Below the pieces are notes generated by a model. The model worked only from the letters and a program-made list of their open reading frames with translations, was not told the DNA's origin and did not search any database. Positions 1 to 13,294 of a stretch of 64,000 nt of DNA are shown here, piece by piece; the first letter of the stretch is position 1; each line of letters begins with the position of its first letter. The position numbers were made by a program, and so were the translations under genes. Source of the DNA: Dendrobates tinctorius (Eukaryota). The stretch lies in contig NW_027361812.1 of NCBI RefSeq assembly GCF_039654945.1, positions 13,454,001-13,518,000 on the forward strand. The letters are read 5' to 3'.

Positions 1-892
1 GGACATTATACTCCATTAGTCGTCGAGATGTAACGCTTTATTCTGTGGATTATCTCGCATATATTTAATGGATCATAAAGCTCCTTCTCTTTTTTTTTTC
101 CACTCCTATATCTTAATCGCTGCCAATATCAGATGTGTGTACACGTTGATCCTGGCATTGTGCGCCCATGTCAGTGAGTATGAGGCTGCACAATCTGTCT
201 GTTCCTACAGCAGACATACACAGTCATCATTGGGGAAAAGGCCTATTTGCAAAACCTCAAAGAAAACGCACAATGCCCTTGGATTCTGCACGTGAAGACA
301 TAATATATATATGAAATGAGATGAAAAGCAGCCAAATCTGCATCCAAGCAGCCTTTAAATGGTACATATTGCCTATAATTGAGGGCACGATGACAGGAGC
401 AGGCAGAGACACTGGGTACATGGATGCACATTATACCTACACAAGATACGCTATTGCATTTTGCAAGATACATCGTCAGATCATTAAGGGTTACCTTAAT
501 CACAGCAGTCTACAGCGATGTCTTCCTGGTCTTCTCCTCGCCTTACACAATAGTGCAGGAGTCTACAGTCCCCAGGGCCTCCTGTCACAGCTTCTGCATA
601 GTCCCCATCTGGCTAATTGTAGTCTCTGGGAGATAGGGGACTTGAGTAAAGTAAAAGGGGGATGGGGATGATGAGCCCAGAGACCCTTTAATTCTCCCCC
701 TTGAAAAGACTGACAGAGCCCAATGGTGCACTGCTCTGATGCTTTGGGGGTGGGTGAGTGTAGGAGGCTGAATCTTGCGTTGATGGAGGGAGAGGAGGGT
801 CAATGATGAGGATCCTCCTATTTTACATCGCATCCCTATGGAGGTCAGTCACGCCCTGAGCTCAGTACCACACTGGCTGACGCTTAACCCTG

Positions 893-913
893 TTCAGCAC
901 CAAGGACAGCAGC
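893..913 (+). promoter_or_regulatory. REST/NRSF binding site (RE1/NRSE)
   Basis: TTCAGCACCAAGGACAGCAGC versus consensus TTCAGCACCACGGACAGCGCC. Both half-sites intact with the canonical 2-nt spacer. Extra TCAGTACC half-site at ~862. Confidence 0.75.
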
Positions 914-998
914 ACCACGAGTGCGAATAGCTACCAGCTCCGCGTGTTGGCCGCTTGGTAAAGTCTATAGGATTTCTCTCCGAAATGAAGTTCACGTT

Positions 999-1490
999 CA
1001 CTATATGGACAAAAGTTTTGGGACACCTTCACATTACATCTATAAATGTCATCACGTTCTAAACCCATAGGCATTAATATGGAGTTGGTCTATATTTTGT
1101 AGCTAAAACAGCTCCCGATCTTCTGAGAAGTTGACTACAAGATTTGGACTGTGTCTGTGGGAAGTTTAAAATTTCAAATTCATTCCAAAAGTGTTAGATG
1201 GGGTTCAGATCTGGGATCTGTGCAGCCAGTAAAGTTCTTACTCGCCAAACTCCCCCAACCATGTCTTTATGGACCTTGCTATGTGCACTGGGACACAGTC
1301 ATGCTGGACCAGAAAAGGGTCTTCCCCACACTGTTCCCACAAAGTGGAAGCTACAATTGTCCAAAATGTCTTCTATGCTGAAGCATTAAGATTTACCTTC
1401 ACTGGAACTAGAGGGCAGAGGCCGACCCCTGAAAAACACCCCATAGTATTATCCCTCCTGCACCAAAGGTTACACTTGGCACAATGCAGT
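999..1490 (-). mobile_element. Degraded Tc1-like transposon fragment
   Basis: TIR-like CACTATATGGACAAAAGTTTTGGGACACC followed by decayed transposase-like sequence. No intact ORF. Confidence 0.55.
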
Positions 1491-1544
1491 CAGGGAGAGA
1501 AGGTCCATGAGGACTGGGCTCCAACACTAAGGAAAAAATCTTAA

Positions 1545-2789
1545 AGGGAACCTGTCAGCAGGATTGTGCACAGTGACCTATAGACAGTGTCAGGTCGATG
1601 CCGTTATACTGATTACAATAAAATCTGTGGTTGCTGATTACAGTAATCTGTATTTGTAGTTTTCGGTTAATGATATGCTCATGATCCTGGACAGCCTGTG
1701 GTCTTTATGTGGTGCTCTGATTACATATGCATCTGTATGTGCTTCTGACAGGTCACCGATCCCTCACTGACCTGCCCCCTATGTTACATACTGTATATCT
1801 TATTGTTTTGAAAAAAAAAATTCAGTAATCATGCAGGCGCTGGCGGTGTCGCCCGCGCTGTAGCACGATCGGATCTATAATATCCATATTTTTTATCTTA
1901 TTTAGTGACATTAATTTCTTTAGAAAAAAAAAATCTTTCTCAAATTGGCGCTGGCTGTACCTGTGCAGTAGCATAATTCGGAACACGAGAGATGCTACTG
2001 CGCAGGCACCACTGCTGGTCCCATTTTGCTAGAGGAAAAGAAAATTTGCCTTCACCAAGATGGCACAGGCAGTAGCATCTATCGGATCGCCGATAGATGC
2101 TACTGAGCAGGTGCAGCCGGCACCATGAGGGCCGGACTGAAGACAAGCCCGAGAATTATCTATATATATATATGAAATTGAATGTATGTGTGTATGTATG
2201 TGTATATCACCAACCAATCACGAAGCATCTTTCATTTCACCAGAGCTGTTTAAAAGAAGCTGAGCTGTGATTGGTTGCTATCAGCAACAGTTTTCCTTGC
2301 AACCAATCACTTAGCATCTTTCATTTCACCAGAGCTGTTTAAAAGAAGCTGAGCTGTGATTGGTTGCTATAATCAACAGTTTTCCTTGCAGCCAATCACT
2401 AAGCATCTTGCATCTTGCATTTCACCAGAGCTGTTTAAAAGAAGCTAAGCTGTGATTGGTTGCTATGAGCAACAGTTTTCCCATTCCACACCTCAGCAGA
2501 CACTGACCGGGTGGGAGAAATCTAGCATCCCCAGGAACATAAGCTCCCAGCCATAAGCTCCCCCAGAAAGGAGCAGAGAGCACATGACAGAAATGAATCC
2601 CCCCTCCCTGCCCATATACCCAGCACACATCCTCCTTCCCATAGTATCCTGTAGTGATAATCTCCTGCAGATAAAACAGTGATTTTTCTCAAACCAACAG
2701 CAATCAGCCCATTAAGTGGCACATCACTAGAATCAGGGTCTCTGTCTCTACATTATTCTGCTCTCTACCTAGTGATAGATTGAATTTAA
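1545..2789. mobile_element. TTAA-type (Kolobok/T2-like) MITE, degraded right end
   Basis: TTAA|AGGGAACCTGTCA start and an approximate inverted end near 2770-2789. Contains the 89-bp tandem array. Confidence 0.45.
2211..2482. repeat. 89-bp tandem repeat x3, each unit internally inverted (CAACCAATCAC...GTGATTGGTTG)
   Basis: Units start at 2211, 2300 and 2389. Confidence 0.85.
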
Positions 2790-3381
2790 TATAGAGCCAC
2801 ACAGTGACTTGTGCCAACAGGACATTGTGATCTTGTGTCATGTAGCCACAGGTTTCCATGTAGTCTTATGTGATGAACCTATGAATGGTAACTGTTTGAC
2901 TTATGCCCTTTGAGACCTTTCTAATAAGGCCATCTCATTAAAAAAAAAAAGCCTTTGGCTCCAATTTATTAAGACTGGAGATTTGCACGTACGATGTGGC
3001 AAAATTGTTTAAATTGGTTGTCTGCATTCAGGTACAACTCGGCACTCAGTCTATGTGACTGCAGAGCTGTGAATGCTGACGTTTATACATTGACAACTCC
3101 TGAAATAGGTTTATACATTAAAGTAATGGAAAGAAATGTATTTATAAAATGTATTTAAAAACACATGAACAAAAGTAGCAATTCAGTTTTAGCAAATAAA
3201 TGTTATTCCTTCTTGTCTCAGTAGCGGTTTTATAACTTTCTAACAAACCTACTGTATCCATTCAGTTTCTCCCAGTTCTCTGCTTGCTGTCATTTAGTAG
3301 AAACTTTTCTTGTTTACTCAGAATAGATACAAATCTGCGCCTGTCACATGATGGACACACTAGGGACGATCTGCATGAATA

Positions 3382-5350
3382 CAGTGGGTACGAAAAGTAT
3401 TCAGACCCCTTTACATTTTTCACTCTTTGTTTCATTGCAGCCGTTTGGTAAATTCAAAAAAGTTCATTTATTTCTCATTAATGTACACTCTGCACCCCAT
3501 CTTGACTGAAAATAAGCAGAAATGTAAAAATGTTTGCAAATTTATTAAAAAAGAAAAACTGAAATATCACATGGTCATAAGTATTCAGACCCTTTGCTCA
3601 GATACTGATATTGAAGTCACATGCTGTCCATTTCCTTGTGATCCTCTGTGAGACGGTTCTACTCCTTCATTGGAGTCCAGCTGTGTTTAAGTAAACTGAT
3701 AGGACTTGGTTTGTAAAGGCGCACACCTGTCTATATAAAGGTCCCTTTACATTTAGCGATGCACCAGCGATCCCGACAACGATACGACCCGGTCAGGGTC
3801 GCTGGTGCATCGCTAAATGGTCGCTAGTGAGCTGCCACACAGGCAGATCTCACAGCGATGTAGCGATGCAGCAGCGGTTGTTACTTACCTTTCAGACGCG
3901 GCGATCCTGACGTCCTCCCGCCCGCGTTCACGCATCGCTCGTCGGCGCCAGCAGGAAGCCCAGCCTGAAACGCCCGACGAGAAATGGAGCTGCACGATCT
4001 CGCGCGATCAGCGACAGACAGCGGAGGAGCCGGTCGGAGGTAAGTATCACACATAGCGATATCGCTAGCGATATCGCTGCTGCGTCACAAAATCAGTGAC
4101 GCTTTAGCGATATCACTAGCGTAAAGGCCCCTTAAGACCTCACAGCTCACAGAATTGTGGCAAGGCACAGATCTGGCCAAGGTTACAAAAGAATTTCTGC
4201 AGTACTCAAGGTTTCTAAGAGCACAGTGGCCTCCATAATCCTTAAATGGAAGAAGTTTGGGACCACCAGAAGTCTTCCTAGACCTGGGTGTCCAGCCAAA
4301 CTGAGCAATCGTGGGAGAAGAGCCTTGGTGAGAGAGGCAAAGAAGAACCCCAAGATCACTGTGGCTGCTGAGCTCCAGAGATGCAGTAGGTAGATGGGAG
4401 AACGTTCCACAAAGTCATCTATCACTGCAGCCCTCCACCAGTTGGGCCTTTATGGCAGAGTGGCCCAACAGAAGCCTCTCCTCAGTGCAAGACATATGAA
4501 AGCCCGCATAGAGTTTCCTAAAAAAAACACATGAAGGACTCCCAGACTTTGAGAAATAAGATTCTCTGGTCTCATGAGACGAAGATAGAACTTTTTGGTG
4601 ATAATTCTAAGCGGTATGTGTGGAGAAAACCAGGCACTGCTCATCACCTGCCCAATACAATCCCAACAGTGAAACATGGTGGTGGTAGCATCATGCTATG
4701 GGGGTGTTTTTCAACTGCAGGGACAGGACGACTGGTTGCAATTGAAGGAAACAAGAATGCGGCAAGTACAGAGATATCCTGGATGAAAACCTCTTCCAGA
4801 GTGCTCTGGACCTCAGACTTGGCCAAAGGTTCACCTTCCAGAAAGACAATGGCCCTAAGCACACAGCTAAATTAACAAAGGAGTGGCTACAGAACAACTC
4901 TGTGACCATTCTTGACTGGCCCAGCCAGAGCCCTGACCTAAACCCAATTGAGCATCTCTGGAGAGACCTGAAAATGGCTGTCCACCAACGTTCACCATCC
5001 AACAATGAACTGGAGAGGATCTGCAATGAAGAATGGCAGAGAATCTGCAAATCCATGTGTGAAAATCTTGTTGCATCATTCCCAAGAAGACTCATGGCTG
5101 TACTAGTACAAAAGGGTTCTTCTACTCAATACTAAGCAAAGGGTCTGAATACTTATGACCATGTGATATTTCAGTTTTTCTTTTGTAATAAATTTGCAAA
5201 AATGTCTACATTTCTGTTTCTTTCAGTCAAGACGGGGTGCAGAGTGTACATTAATGAGAAAAAAATGAACTTTTTTGAATTTACCAAATGGCTGCAATGA
5301 AACAAAGAGTGAAAAATGTAAAGGGGTCTGAATACTTTCCGTACCCACTG
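3382..5350 (+). mobile_element. Tc1 (DD34E, IR/DR type) transposon with both TIRs, defective transposase
   Basis: TA TSD and ~230-bp TIRs CAGTGGGTACGAAAAGTATTCAGACCCC with an internal AAGTATTCAGACCC direct repeat. Transposase is split across ORFs 4157-4393, 4531-4875 and 4902-5135. First catalytic D is changed to H (WSHE). D-34-E spacing. Confidence 0.93.
3739..4132. mobile_element. Harbinger/PIF-type MITE nested in the Tc1
   Basis: TAA TSD (3736-3738 and 4133-4135). TIRs AGGTCCCTTTAC / GTAAAGGCCCCT. AGCGAT-rich subterminal repeats. Confidence 0.8.
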
Positions 5351-5454
5351 TACCTGACTGGTTATAAGATTGACATATTCGCTATAACTGTGATCAATAC
5401 ATGCCTGGGACACATCCTTATTCAGTGGAGGTAAAAAATGAAGGTTCTTATTAA

Positions 5455-6256
5455 AGGAGTTATCTGGGACTTTAACATTGATGGCCTTTTCTTAGGACAC
5501 AGGTCATCAATGTCTGATCAGTGGGGGTTCAACACCCAGTAAAGGGCCTGTCACACTAAGCGATATCGCTAGCAATATCGCTATAACTTGTGACGTTATA
5601 GCGATATTGCTAGCGATATCGCTGTGTGTGATACTTACCTACAACCCGCTCCCCCGCTGGTTATCGCGGATCGCGCGAGAACGTCCTGGGCCGTTTCTCG
5701 TCGTCAGCTTCCTGCGGCGCTTCCTGCTGTGACGACGAGCGACGCGTGGAGCCGGGCGGGAGGACGTCAGGATCACCTAGTGTGACAGATAAGTAGCGAC
5801 CCCCGTCCCCTGCGATGTCGCTGGTGAGATCTGCCTGTGTGGCAGCTCACTAGCGACCACTTAGCGATGCGCAGCGATCCTGACCACGTCATATCGCTGG
5901 TCGGGATCGCTGGTACATCGCTAAGTGTGACAGTACCTTTACTCCGTCTTTCTGCTGTTCCTCGTATCGACAGAAGCCGAAACTGCTCAGTATAGCACCA
6001 TCAACTGTATAGTGGCCGCAGACAGGTACTGCACATCCAGCCACTGTTCAAATCAATAGGGGGTGTATGTGCAGTACGCAGCTATGGTGACTGTTCCATT
6101 GACAGAGCTGCGCAGCTTTGTAACAGAGCAGTTCTGGTCGCTGTCGACACCTGGAACAGCTGATCAAGAGGGGTGCTGGGTGTCGCCCCCAACAATCAGA
6201 CATTGATGACCTTTCCTAAGGATATGCCATTAATGTTAAAGTCACAGATAACCCCT
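5455..6256. mobile_element. TTAA-type (Kolobok/T2-like) MITE containing a nested Harbinger MITE
   Basis: TTAA|AGGAGTTATCTGGGACTTTAACATT ... AATGTTAAAGTCACAGATAACCCCT|TTAA. Confidence 0.8.
5543..5938. mobile_element. Harbinger-type MITE related to 3739-4132, opposite orientation
   Basis: TWA flanks and TIRs AGGGCCTGTCACAC / GTGTGACAGTACCT. The interior resembles the reverse complement of 3739-4132. Confidence 0.8.
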
Positions 6257-6396
6257 TTAATAACAGGAAGGTCTTGAAAACATTTGTATATAGAAAATGT
6301 ATTGACAATTATTTAACTTTTCAGTATAGAAGAAGAAAAAATTTAGTTGCGTAATCGCAAATTCCCTTTGAGGGTTAAATGAAAACTCACCAGTAA

Positions 6397-6894
6397 GGCC
6401 GGTTTCACATTAGCGCATTTTCAACGCACGCACGGCCGGGGGTAGCTCCGCCCCCGAGCCGGCTCTCTGCCCGGCGTGCCCGCCCCTTGCTTGTAGCGCC
6501 GCCTACTAGCGGACAGCGGCGCCTGCGATCGGCGCACCCTATCTTTAGCATAGGGTGCGCAGATCGTGCGCAGGCCGTGCGCTAGTTCCGCTTTGACCTG
6601 CGCTGCGCACTTTTGACGGTGCGCCGTGCGCGCCAAAATCCGAAAAGTTTGATTTTGGCGCGCACGGCGCACCGTCAAAAGTGAGCAGCGCAGGTCAAAG
6701 CGCAACTAGCGCACGGCCTGCGCACGATCGGCGCACCCTATGCTAAAGATAGGGTGCGCCGATCGCAGGCGCCGCTGTCCGCTAGTAGGCGGCGCTACAA
6801 GCAAGGGGCGGGCACGCCGGGCAGAGAGCCGGCTCGGGGGCGGAGCTACCCCCGGCCGTGCGCGCGCTGAAAATGCGCTAATGTGAAACCAGCC
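6397..6894. mobile_element. Near-perfect 498-bp GC-rich fold-back MITE (Harbinger-type)
   Basis: TAA TSD and TIR GGCCGGTTTCACAT / ATGTGAAACCAGCC. Arms are complementary almost to the centre (~6645). Confidence 0.88.
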
Positions 6895-9029
6895 TAAGTG
6901 ATGGTTTTCAGCGGCCAGGAATCTAGAAGTGAGGGTTAGGTTGCAATGCCCCAAAGGTTTTAGCTATTTGTAACTTGATCTGAGCAGAAAACTACGTTAA
7001 TGGTCTGAGTGATTTGAAGGCAGATGAGCCCAACATTAAGAGAGGATGGCAGACCCCCGCTGTCTGTCAGTCAGAAATGAGCCGAAACCTCAAGGAACAT
7101 GACCTAGACTAATACTAGCGATATTTATAGCTGATGCAAAATAGTAATAAAGCTCCTAACTTACCCGTGGATGCTTCATTCAGACCCTACACTTGTATCA
7201 CAAATGTAATGCTATAATCTGTGCGATCTGTTTACACAAAACTTAATTAGTATTGTAACCACCTGCAGGGGGTGAATGGTAAATCAGATTCCAGCCGCAT
7301 AGGGGAAAAATGAACATTGTTATTGAGATTACACTGATTAGCGGTGTGAGTCATTAAAGGAAGTTCTCAGCCGAACGCACACAATTCATAGCTAGTAATT
7401 TAATTTACAAAGGGTAGATGTTTCGAAAATACTAAAACGATCACTAAGCCGTAATTGTTACATTTCTAAAGTGTCTGACTGAATATAAGGTTTACTAGCA
7501 TAGGCTATATACATAGATAGCATAGGATGTAAGTTTATACATAGGGCCATGGAATGAGGTTTTGTAAAATATGAGATTGTTGGTAGTCCTCTATTTAGGA
7601 TAACACAAGAAACTAATGCTATGTTTTAAAGGGAATGTGCCATCAGAAAATTACCTAGGGTTTAAAATCAGGGTTTTATGTTAAAGGGGTTCTCCAAGAA
7701 TGTGATAAAATGGCCCCTGTCACATAATTCAAACGGCAGCCCATCTTAATCACGTGTCAAGATGGGTTGTAGTTTGAAGAATCACAGTTCTAGACGTATA
7801 TGTCAACTGACAGAGGAGCTGTAAGCACATATACCGGAGCCGCCAGAGAAGAGCTGTGTCAGGAGAATAAATTAAATATAATTCTTGGCTGAGCATGGAA
7901 AACTGAGGCTGGAGAAAAAAATCCTTTGTGCTCAGTCATCTGAGGAGAAAATAATTTCCTCTCATATCACAGCTCTTCTCAGGCAGCTCACTGAGGTATG
8001 TCAGTTGAGATACTTGCAAGACTGCTATCAGGAATTTCAGGGCCCATACTGGCAAAATTCTCAGACCTGTGAGACACCACCCAGGCTTCACCCCACCTCC
8101 ACCCCAGCTCCACCTCTATCCCAGTTTCACCTACACCCCTCAAACCTTCCACAGTCCCACTGGCCTCTATTGGAAAAATTCCACTTCTGCACCACATCCT
8201 CACCAATTACACATTAACAGCTCCCATCGATCACCATATCACTTACATAGCCATCAGTTTTTGCTTTGGCCAAAAGATTTTTTAAGCTGCCACCATGACA
8301 AAGAGACTCTTTTGGCAGAGACCTACTCTACTCTAACCTAGAAACATTTCTTAAAATATCCAATACTCTTTTTAGGTTTAATGTTATCTATTTTTCTTTA
8401 AGAGAATGAGTCGCATACATTTTTAAAACTAATTGAAACCCACTCTTCCGAAATCCTCACCGCTGTCTCCTATCCTATAGAGATGAAAATGAGGCATGAA
8501 GGAAGCAGCCGCCATGGATATTCAGCAGATTGTCGGCATGGCTGTCTGAGCCAAACTTCTGCTTGAAGATCGGCCATGTGAACTGGCCCTAATAATTATC
8601 CCATGTGTTGTGAATAGGGGTTAAGTATTAGGTTACTTCAATATCCCCGTACCTTATTGCAGGCAGGCAGGCAGTAGTCAGTAGGGTTGAACTTGGTAGT
8701 ACTTAGTAATTTGCAGACAGGCAGTAAACAGAGATGGCCTCCAACTTAACAATGCATGAGAATGGAGGGGGGCACAAGAAGAGTAGTGAGTGGGTGGACC
8801 AGTTGGTGATCAAATAGAAGTTGGAGTGGGGAATGGAAGGTTGTACGGATGAGTGGGTGGGAAAGCGCACCTCATCAATTTTGGGCCCTCAACTACTGCA
8901 CATATTGTGCCGCAAGGGCCAGGGGCATGCCGGCAGCATAGGAACAGAAGGCGGGCTGAAATTGTCTGGCGTCACTGATTTCAGATGCGGCTGACCACTT
9001 CTGCTGCGGCCATACAACGTAAGTAGTTG

Positions 9030-10765
9030 AAAAAAGGAAAGATGATCCAGCTTCCTAAAACAGCCCAAAATTTATTATTGAATTTTAAAATCGAATACAG
9101 CATGATGAAATTCACATGGGCATGAGTAGCAGCAATGCGTTTTGAAACACATTGCTGCTACTCATACCCATGTGAATTTCATTATTCTGTATTCGATTTT
9201 ATAATCGAACTCCTTGAACAGCATGTCCATGCTCAACTTTCCTCCCACCTCTCATCTAACTCCCTCCTTGACATCCTCCAATCTGGCTTCCGCCCCCTCC
9301 ACTCTACTGAAACTGCCCTGACCAAAATTACTAATGACTACTCACAGCCAAAGCTAACAGACAGTTCTCCATCCTCCTCCTTCTCGACCTGTCCTCTACC
9401 TTCGACACAGTCGACCACTGTCTACTACTACAGATTCTTTCTTCCCTTGGCATCAAAGACCTTGCCCTGTCCTGGATTGCCTCATACTTTTCCGACCGCA
9501 CATTCAGCATTTCCCACTCCCACACTACCTCCTCATCCCGCCCTCTCTCTGTTAGAGTACCCCAAGGCTCTGTCCTGGGACCCCTACTTTTTTCCATCTA
9601 TACTCTTGGCCTAGGACAACTCATAAAGTCACATGAACCAGTACCACCTGTATGCGGACGACACTCAGATCTACATCTCTGGCCCAGATGTCAACTCTGC
9701 TGTCCAGAATCCCGGTGTGTCTATCAACCATATCCTCCTTTTTCACCTCTCACTTCCTAAAACTCAATGTAGACAAAACTGAACTCATTATCTTTCCTCC
9801 ATCTCACGTATCTTCCCTACCCGATCTATCTATTATGGTAAACGGCATCACGCTCTCTCCCGCACCTGAAATCCGCTGCCTTGGAGTAACTCTTGACTCT
9901 GCCCTGTCCTTCAAACCACACGTCCAAACTCTTGCCACCTCCTGTCACCTCCAACTCAAAAATATTTCCAAAATCTGTCCCTTCCTAAGCCCTCAATCTA
10001 CTAAAACTCTTGTACATGCCCTCATTATCTCCCGCCTTGACTACTGCAACACTCTCCTCTGTGGCCTTACTGCTAACTCTCTTGCACCACTTCAGTCTGT
10101 CCTCAAATCTGCTGCCTGACTACTCCCGTCTCTCCCCTCTGCAAATCCCTCCATTGGCTCCCAATTCACCAACGAATCCAGTTCAAACTACTAACACTGA
10201 CCTACAAAGCCATCCACAACCTTTCCCCTCCCTATATCTCTGAACTAATCTCCAAATATCTTCCCTCACGTAATCTTCGATCCTCCCAAGACTTCCTACT
10301 CTCCTCCACACTTATTCGTTCCTCACACAACCGCCTCCAAGATTTCTCCCGAATATCCCCTATCCTCTGAAATTCCTTGCCTCAACACGTCCGATTATCC
10401 ACCACCCACGGATCCTTCAAACGGAACCTGAAAACCCATCTTTTCAGGAAAGCTTACAATCTGCAATAACCATTCTGCTGCCTCACCATCGCCCGAGCTG
10501 CCGCCTCAAAATCACCAGAGTTGCTGCACCCCCGACCTTCTGTCTCTTCCTCACTATCCCATAGAATGTAAGTCCACAAAGGACAGGGTCCCCTCCCCTC
10601 TGTACCAGTCTGTCATTGTAAATTTGTTTACTGTTAACGATATTTATAACTTTGTATGTAACCCCTTCTCATGTACAGCACCATGGAATTAATGGCGCTA
10701 TATAAATAAATAATAATAATAAATTATGGACTATTTTTGGAAGCTGAATCATCTTTAGTTTTTTC
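9030..10765. repeat. Fold-back element (Penelope-terminus-like) whose right arm is split by an L2 insertion
   Basis: Left arm 9030-9140 pairs with 9145-9206 and resumes at ~10715-10765 (aaattatggactatttttggaagctgaatcatcttt). The centre reads aatgcgttttgaaacacatt. Confidence 0.6.
9207..10720 (+). mobile_element. L2 LINE, 5'-truncated (RT C-terminal half + 3' UTR)
   Basis: Frameshifted [22 protein letters not shown]-like, YADD and LVHALIISRLDYCN segments. Ends in a (TAA)n tail. Confidence 0.9.
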
Positions 10766-11668
10766 ATGTGTGCATGTGACGACTACTCGAGTTCCGTGCT
10801 TCCTCACACCACATGCTGCACCAGGTGAGCTGTTTTTTCCTTTTTTCCTTTTTCAATGTAAGTAGTTTCCTGCCTCAGCACAGGCAGTGCAGCGTGTCTC
10901 AGCCAGTCCAAGCACCCCTCTCTGCTTCTGCTCACTGGGCCCCATACAGCAGCAATGGCAGCAATGTCCAGATGGCCGCCCTGGATGCATGTCTCAAAAG
11001 CTGTGTTTCTTCAGACTGCAACCTATCCTGACACATGATTAGGATGTGATTGCAGTTTGAATTATATGACGAGGAAGATTTTATTATACTTTTTAAGAAC
11101 CCCTTTAAATTTTTTTTTGCAAAGCTGTTTTTAATTTTTTTTCTATCTCTGTGACTATTGTAGACTAATCCTTCTTATACTTCCAGAAAATACACATGTA
11201 CATTAGCCGCAGTAGACTGACACACACCCTGTCTTTTATATTAAAGCATCTAATGAACGTGTGCAAAGGTCATTGTGAAGGGAGAGTGAGGAGAGAGAGC
11301 TGTGACATTATGTTTGGTTTTTGTAAGCTGTGTATAGAAGTGTTATCTGTCATTGTAATCCTGTCTGTGATGATACTGAGAATGCTGAAAAGTCTTCTGT
11401 AAAGAACAGGAGTAATGAGTCAAAAATAGCCTCAGTGGCCAGTGTGAAAATAATAAAATTATAATTTTTCCATGTTTGCACTTGTTTTAATAAACAATTC
11501 TGTTTGTTTTTGCAGAATGCATTTATTTATATACATTACAAGCTGCTCGATGCCTTTTAGTGTTAAAAGAGGTTGTCCCATCTCATACAGTAAATATATA
11601 GCATTCCTGCCCAGTATTTAGTGGAACTTCCATGCAAATTGACAGCATTATGTTAAGCCCTGTCTTAG

Positions 11669-11893
11669 GCTGGGGTCAAACTTGTGAGTGCAATGGGAGA
11701 AACTTGCGACTCTGAGGCGACTCTCTCGCCTCAATACCCGGCACTACCGCCGGCACTCGGGACCGGAGTGTGCGGCTGTATGTCTTTTTATGCAGCTGAA
11801 CGCTCTGGTCCGAACCGCCGGCGAGAGACTCAGGTATTGAGGCGAGAGACTCAGGCAAGTTTTTCGTACTGCATTCGCAAGTGTGACCCCGGC
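11669..11893. mobile_element. Short Harbinger-type MITE
   Basis: GGCTGGGGTCAAACTTG ... CAAGTGTGACCCCGGCC inverted ends with TWA-like flanks. Confidence 0.65.
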
Positions 11894-12818
11894 CATAGAG
11901 GTAGATGCAGTTCCCAGTCTAAGATGTAATGATATGAGGAGGTACACTTGTCTGTCATCACAGGGATAGCATATTTACACCAGTTATATTTGTTTTCTAT
12001 GACTCTGTTAGGTGTGTGCCAGAGCCCACCTCTGTGAAGGCACTGTGCACCTGGAGCCACCAGATGAGCATTGTTAATTAGGATGCAGGAGTGCTCTCTA
12101 GGCCACATTCACACTATCAGTATTTGGTCAGTATTTTACATCAGTATTTATAAGATAAAACCAGGAGTGGGTGATAAATCCAGAAGTGGTGACGTGTTTC
12201 TATTATACTTTTCCTCTGATTGTTCTGTCGAGGTAGCTATTTTGGGAGGGCTAAATTAACCCTTCACGGTTGAGCCAGTGATTTCCATATTATTCCAGTG
12301 TTGCTAGCAACTCAAATGACCACACGGAGACTGGGGTCTCTGTACGGGAGGATCAAGGCAGATCACTAAGCCCCTTTATTTTAGTCACATCTTTTATAAT
12401 CTTTTGCTTAATTATGCAAGGTTCTCAAGTACCAATAGCATCATGTCACTTTATAAGCCAATAATATTGCAAGAAAACCGGAAACTACATATATGTCCGT
12501 ACCTAAATAGCGTGGAAAGTAGTATAATGGCATATTCTTCAGAGTTTTACACCCCCGCCTCCCTTATCTTTGTACCTGATGAGAACAGTCTGGTTTCATG
12601 ACAGCCCATGCCAATTACAAAAATTTATCTTACAACAACAAAAACGGAAAAACGAAACCTCCAGAGAATGGATAAAACGAAACTTCATCTCTGATTTTAG
12701 TATTAACCCTTCACATTCACCCCTAGATAAATTTTTCAACACATATGCAGCATCAGAGGTGCTATCCCAAGCTAACAGCTTGAGGGGTACTGGTCTTCAC
12801 ATGACTGATGCCATGTTA

Positions 12819-13215
12819 TCAGTCATGGCTGTCGCGGCGCACCCGTCCCCCCTGTATACTGCAGTTCACGAATAACAATTTTTGATGACGTGGTGGGAAT
12901 CTTTTGTAGGTAGCCATGTGCTTGGCTTCAACATCTTCATCAAGTAGCCTTTTGAGATCGGTGCAGAGAAGAGCAGGGGCAACGACACCTTTGGTATCAT
13001 CATTAGCTGTCTTTGTGCAGACTTTCCTAATACATACAGAAATACACCAAAGCACAAGTTTTAGTATCACATATACAACAAGGATGCAGGCAGCAATGTG
13101 TAACAAGCTTTGTAAGATCCCAGCTATCCAGCCCCCAATTCCCTTGAACCAATTGGCTGGATTGAGAAAGGAGAAGGTGTCCTTATTACGATCATTGTCT
13201 TTATTGTATTGATCT
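12819..13215 (-). pseudogene. ERV env transmembrane-subunit C-terminal remnant
   Basis: FSFLNPANWFKGIGGWIAGILQSLLHIAACILVVYVILKLVLWCISVCIRK: Trp-rich membrane-proximal region plus TM helix, just before the 3' LTR. Confidence 0.75.
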
Positions 13216-13294
13216 GAGTCTTTGAATATCTTCTAACTTTAACTTCTACCAATAATAATATGGAAAATGCGAAAAACCAAAACATTATGTCCCT

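Noticed and set aside
68-833. Short ORFs at the left edge as MAP3K12 coding sequence
   Set aside because: No recognisable similarity to the DLK N-terminus or kinase domain.
12576-12605. CTGATGAG in the ERV LTRs as a hammerhead core
   Set aside because: No properly placed GAAA and no pairable stems I/III.
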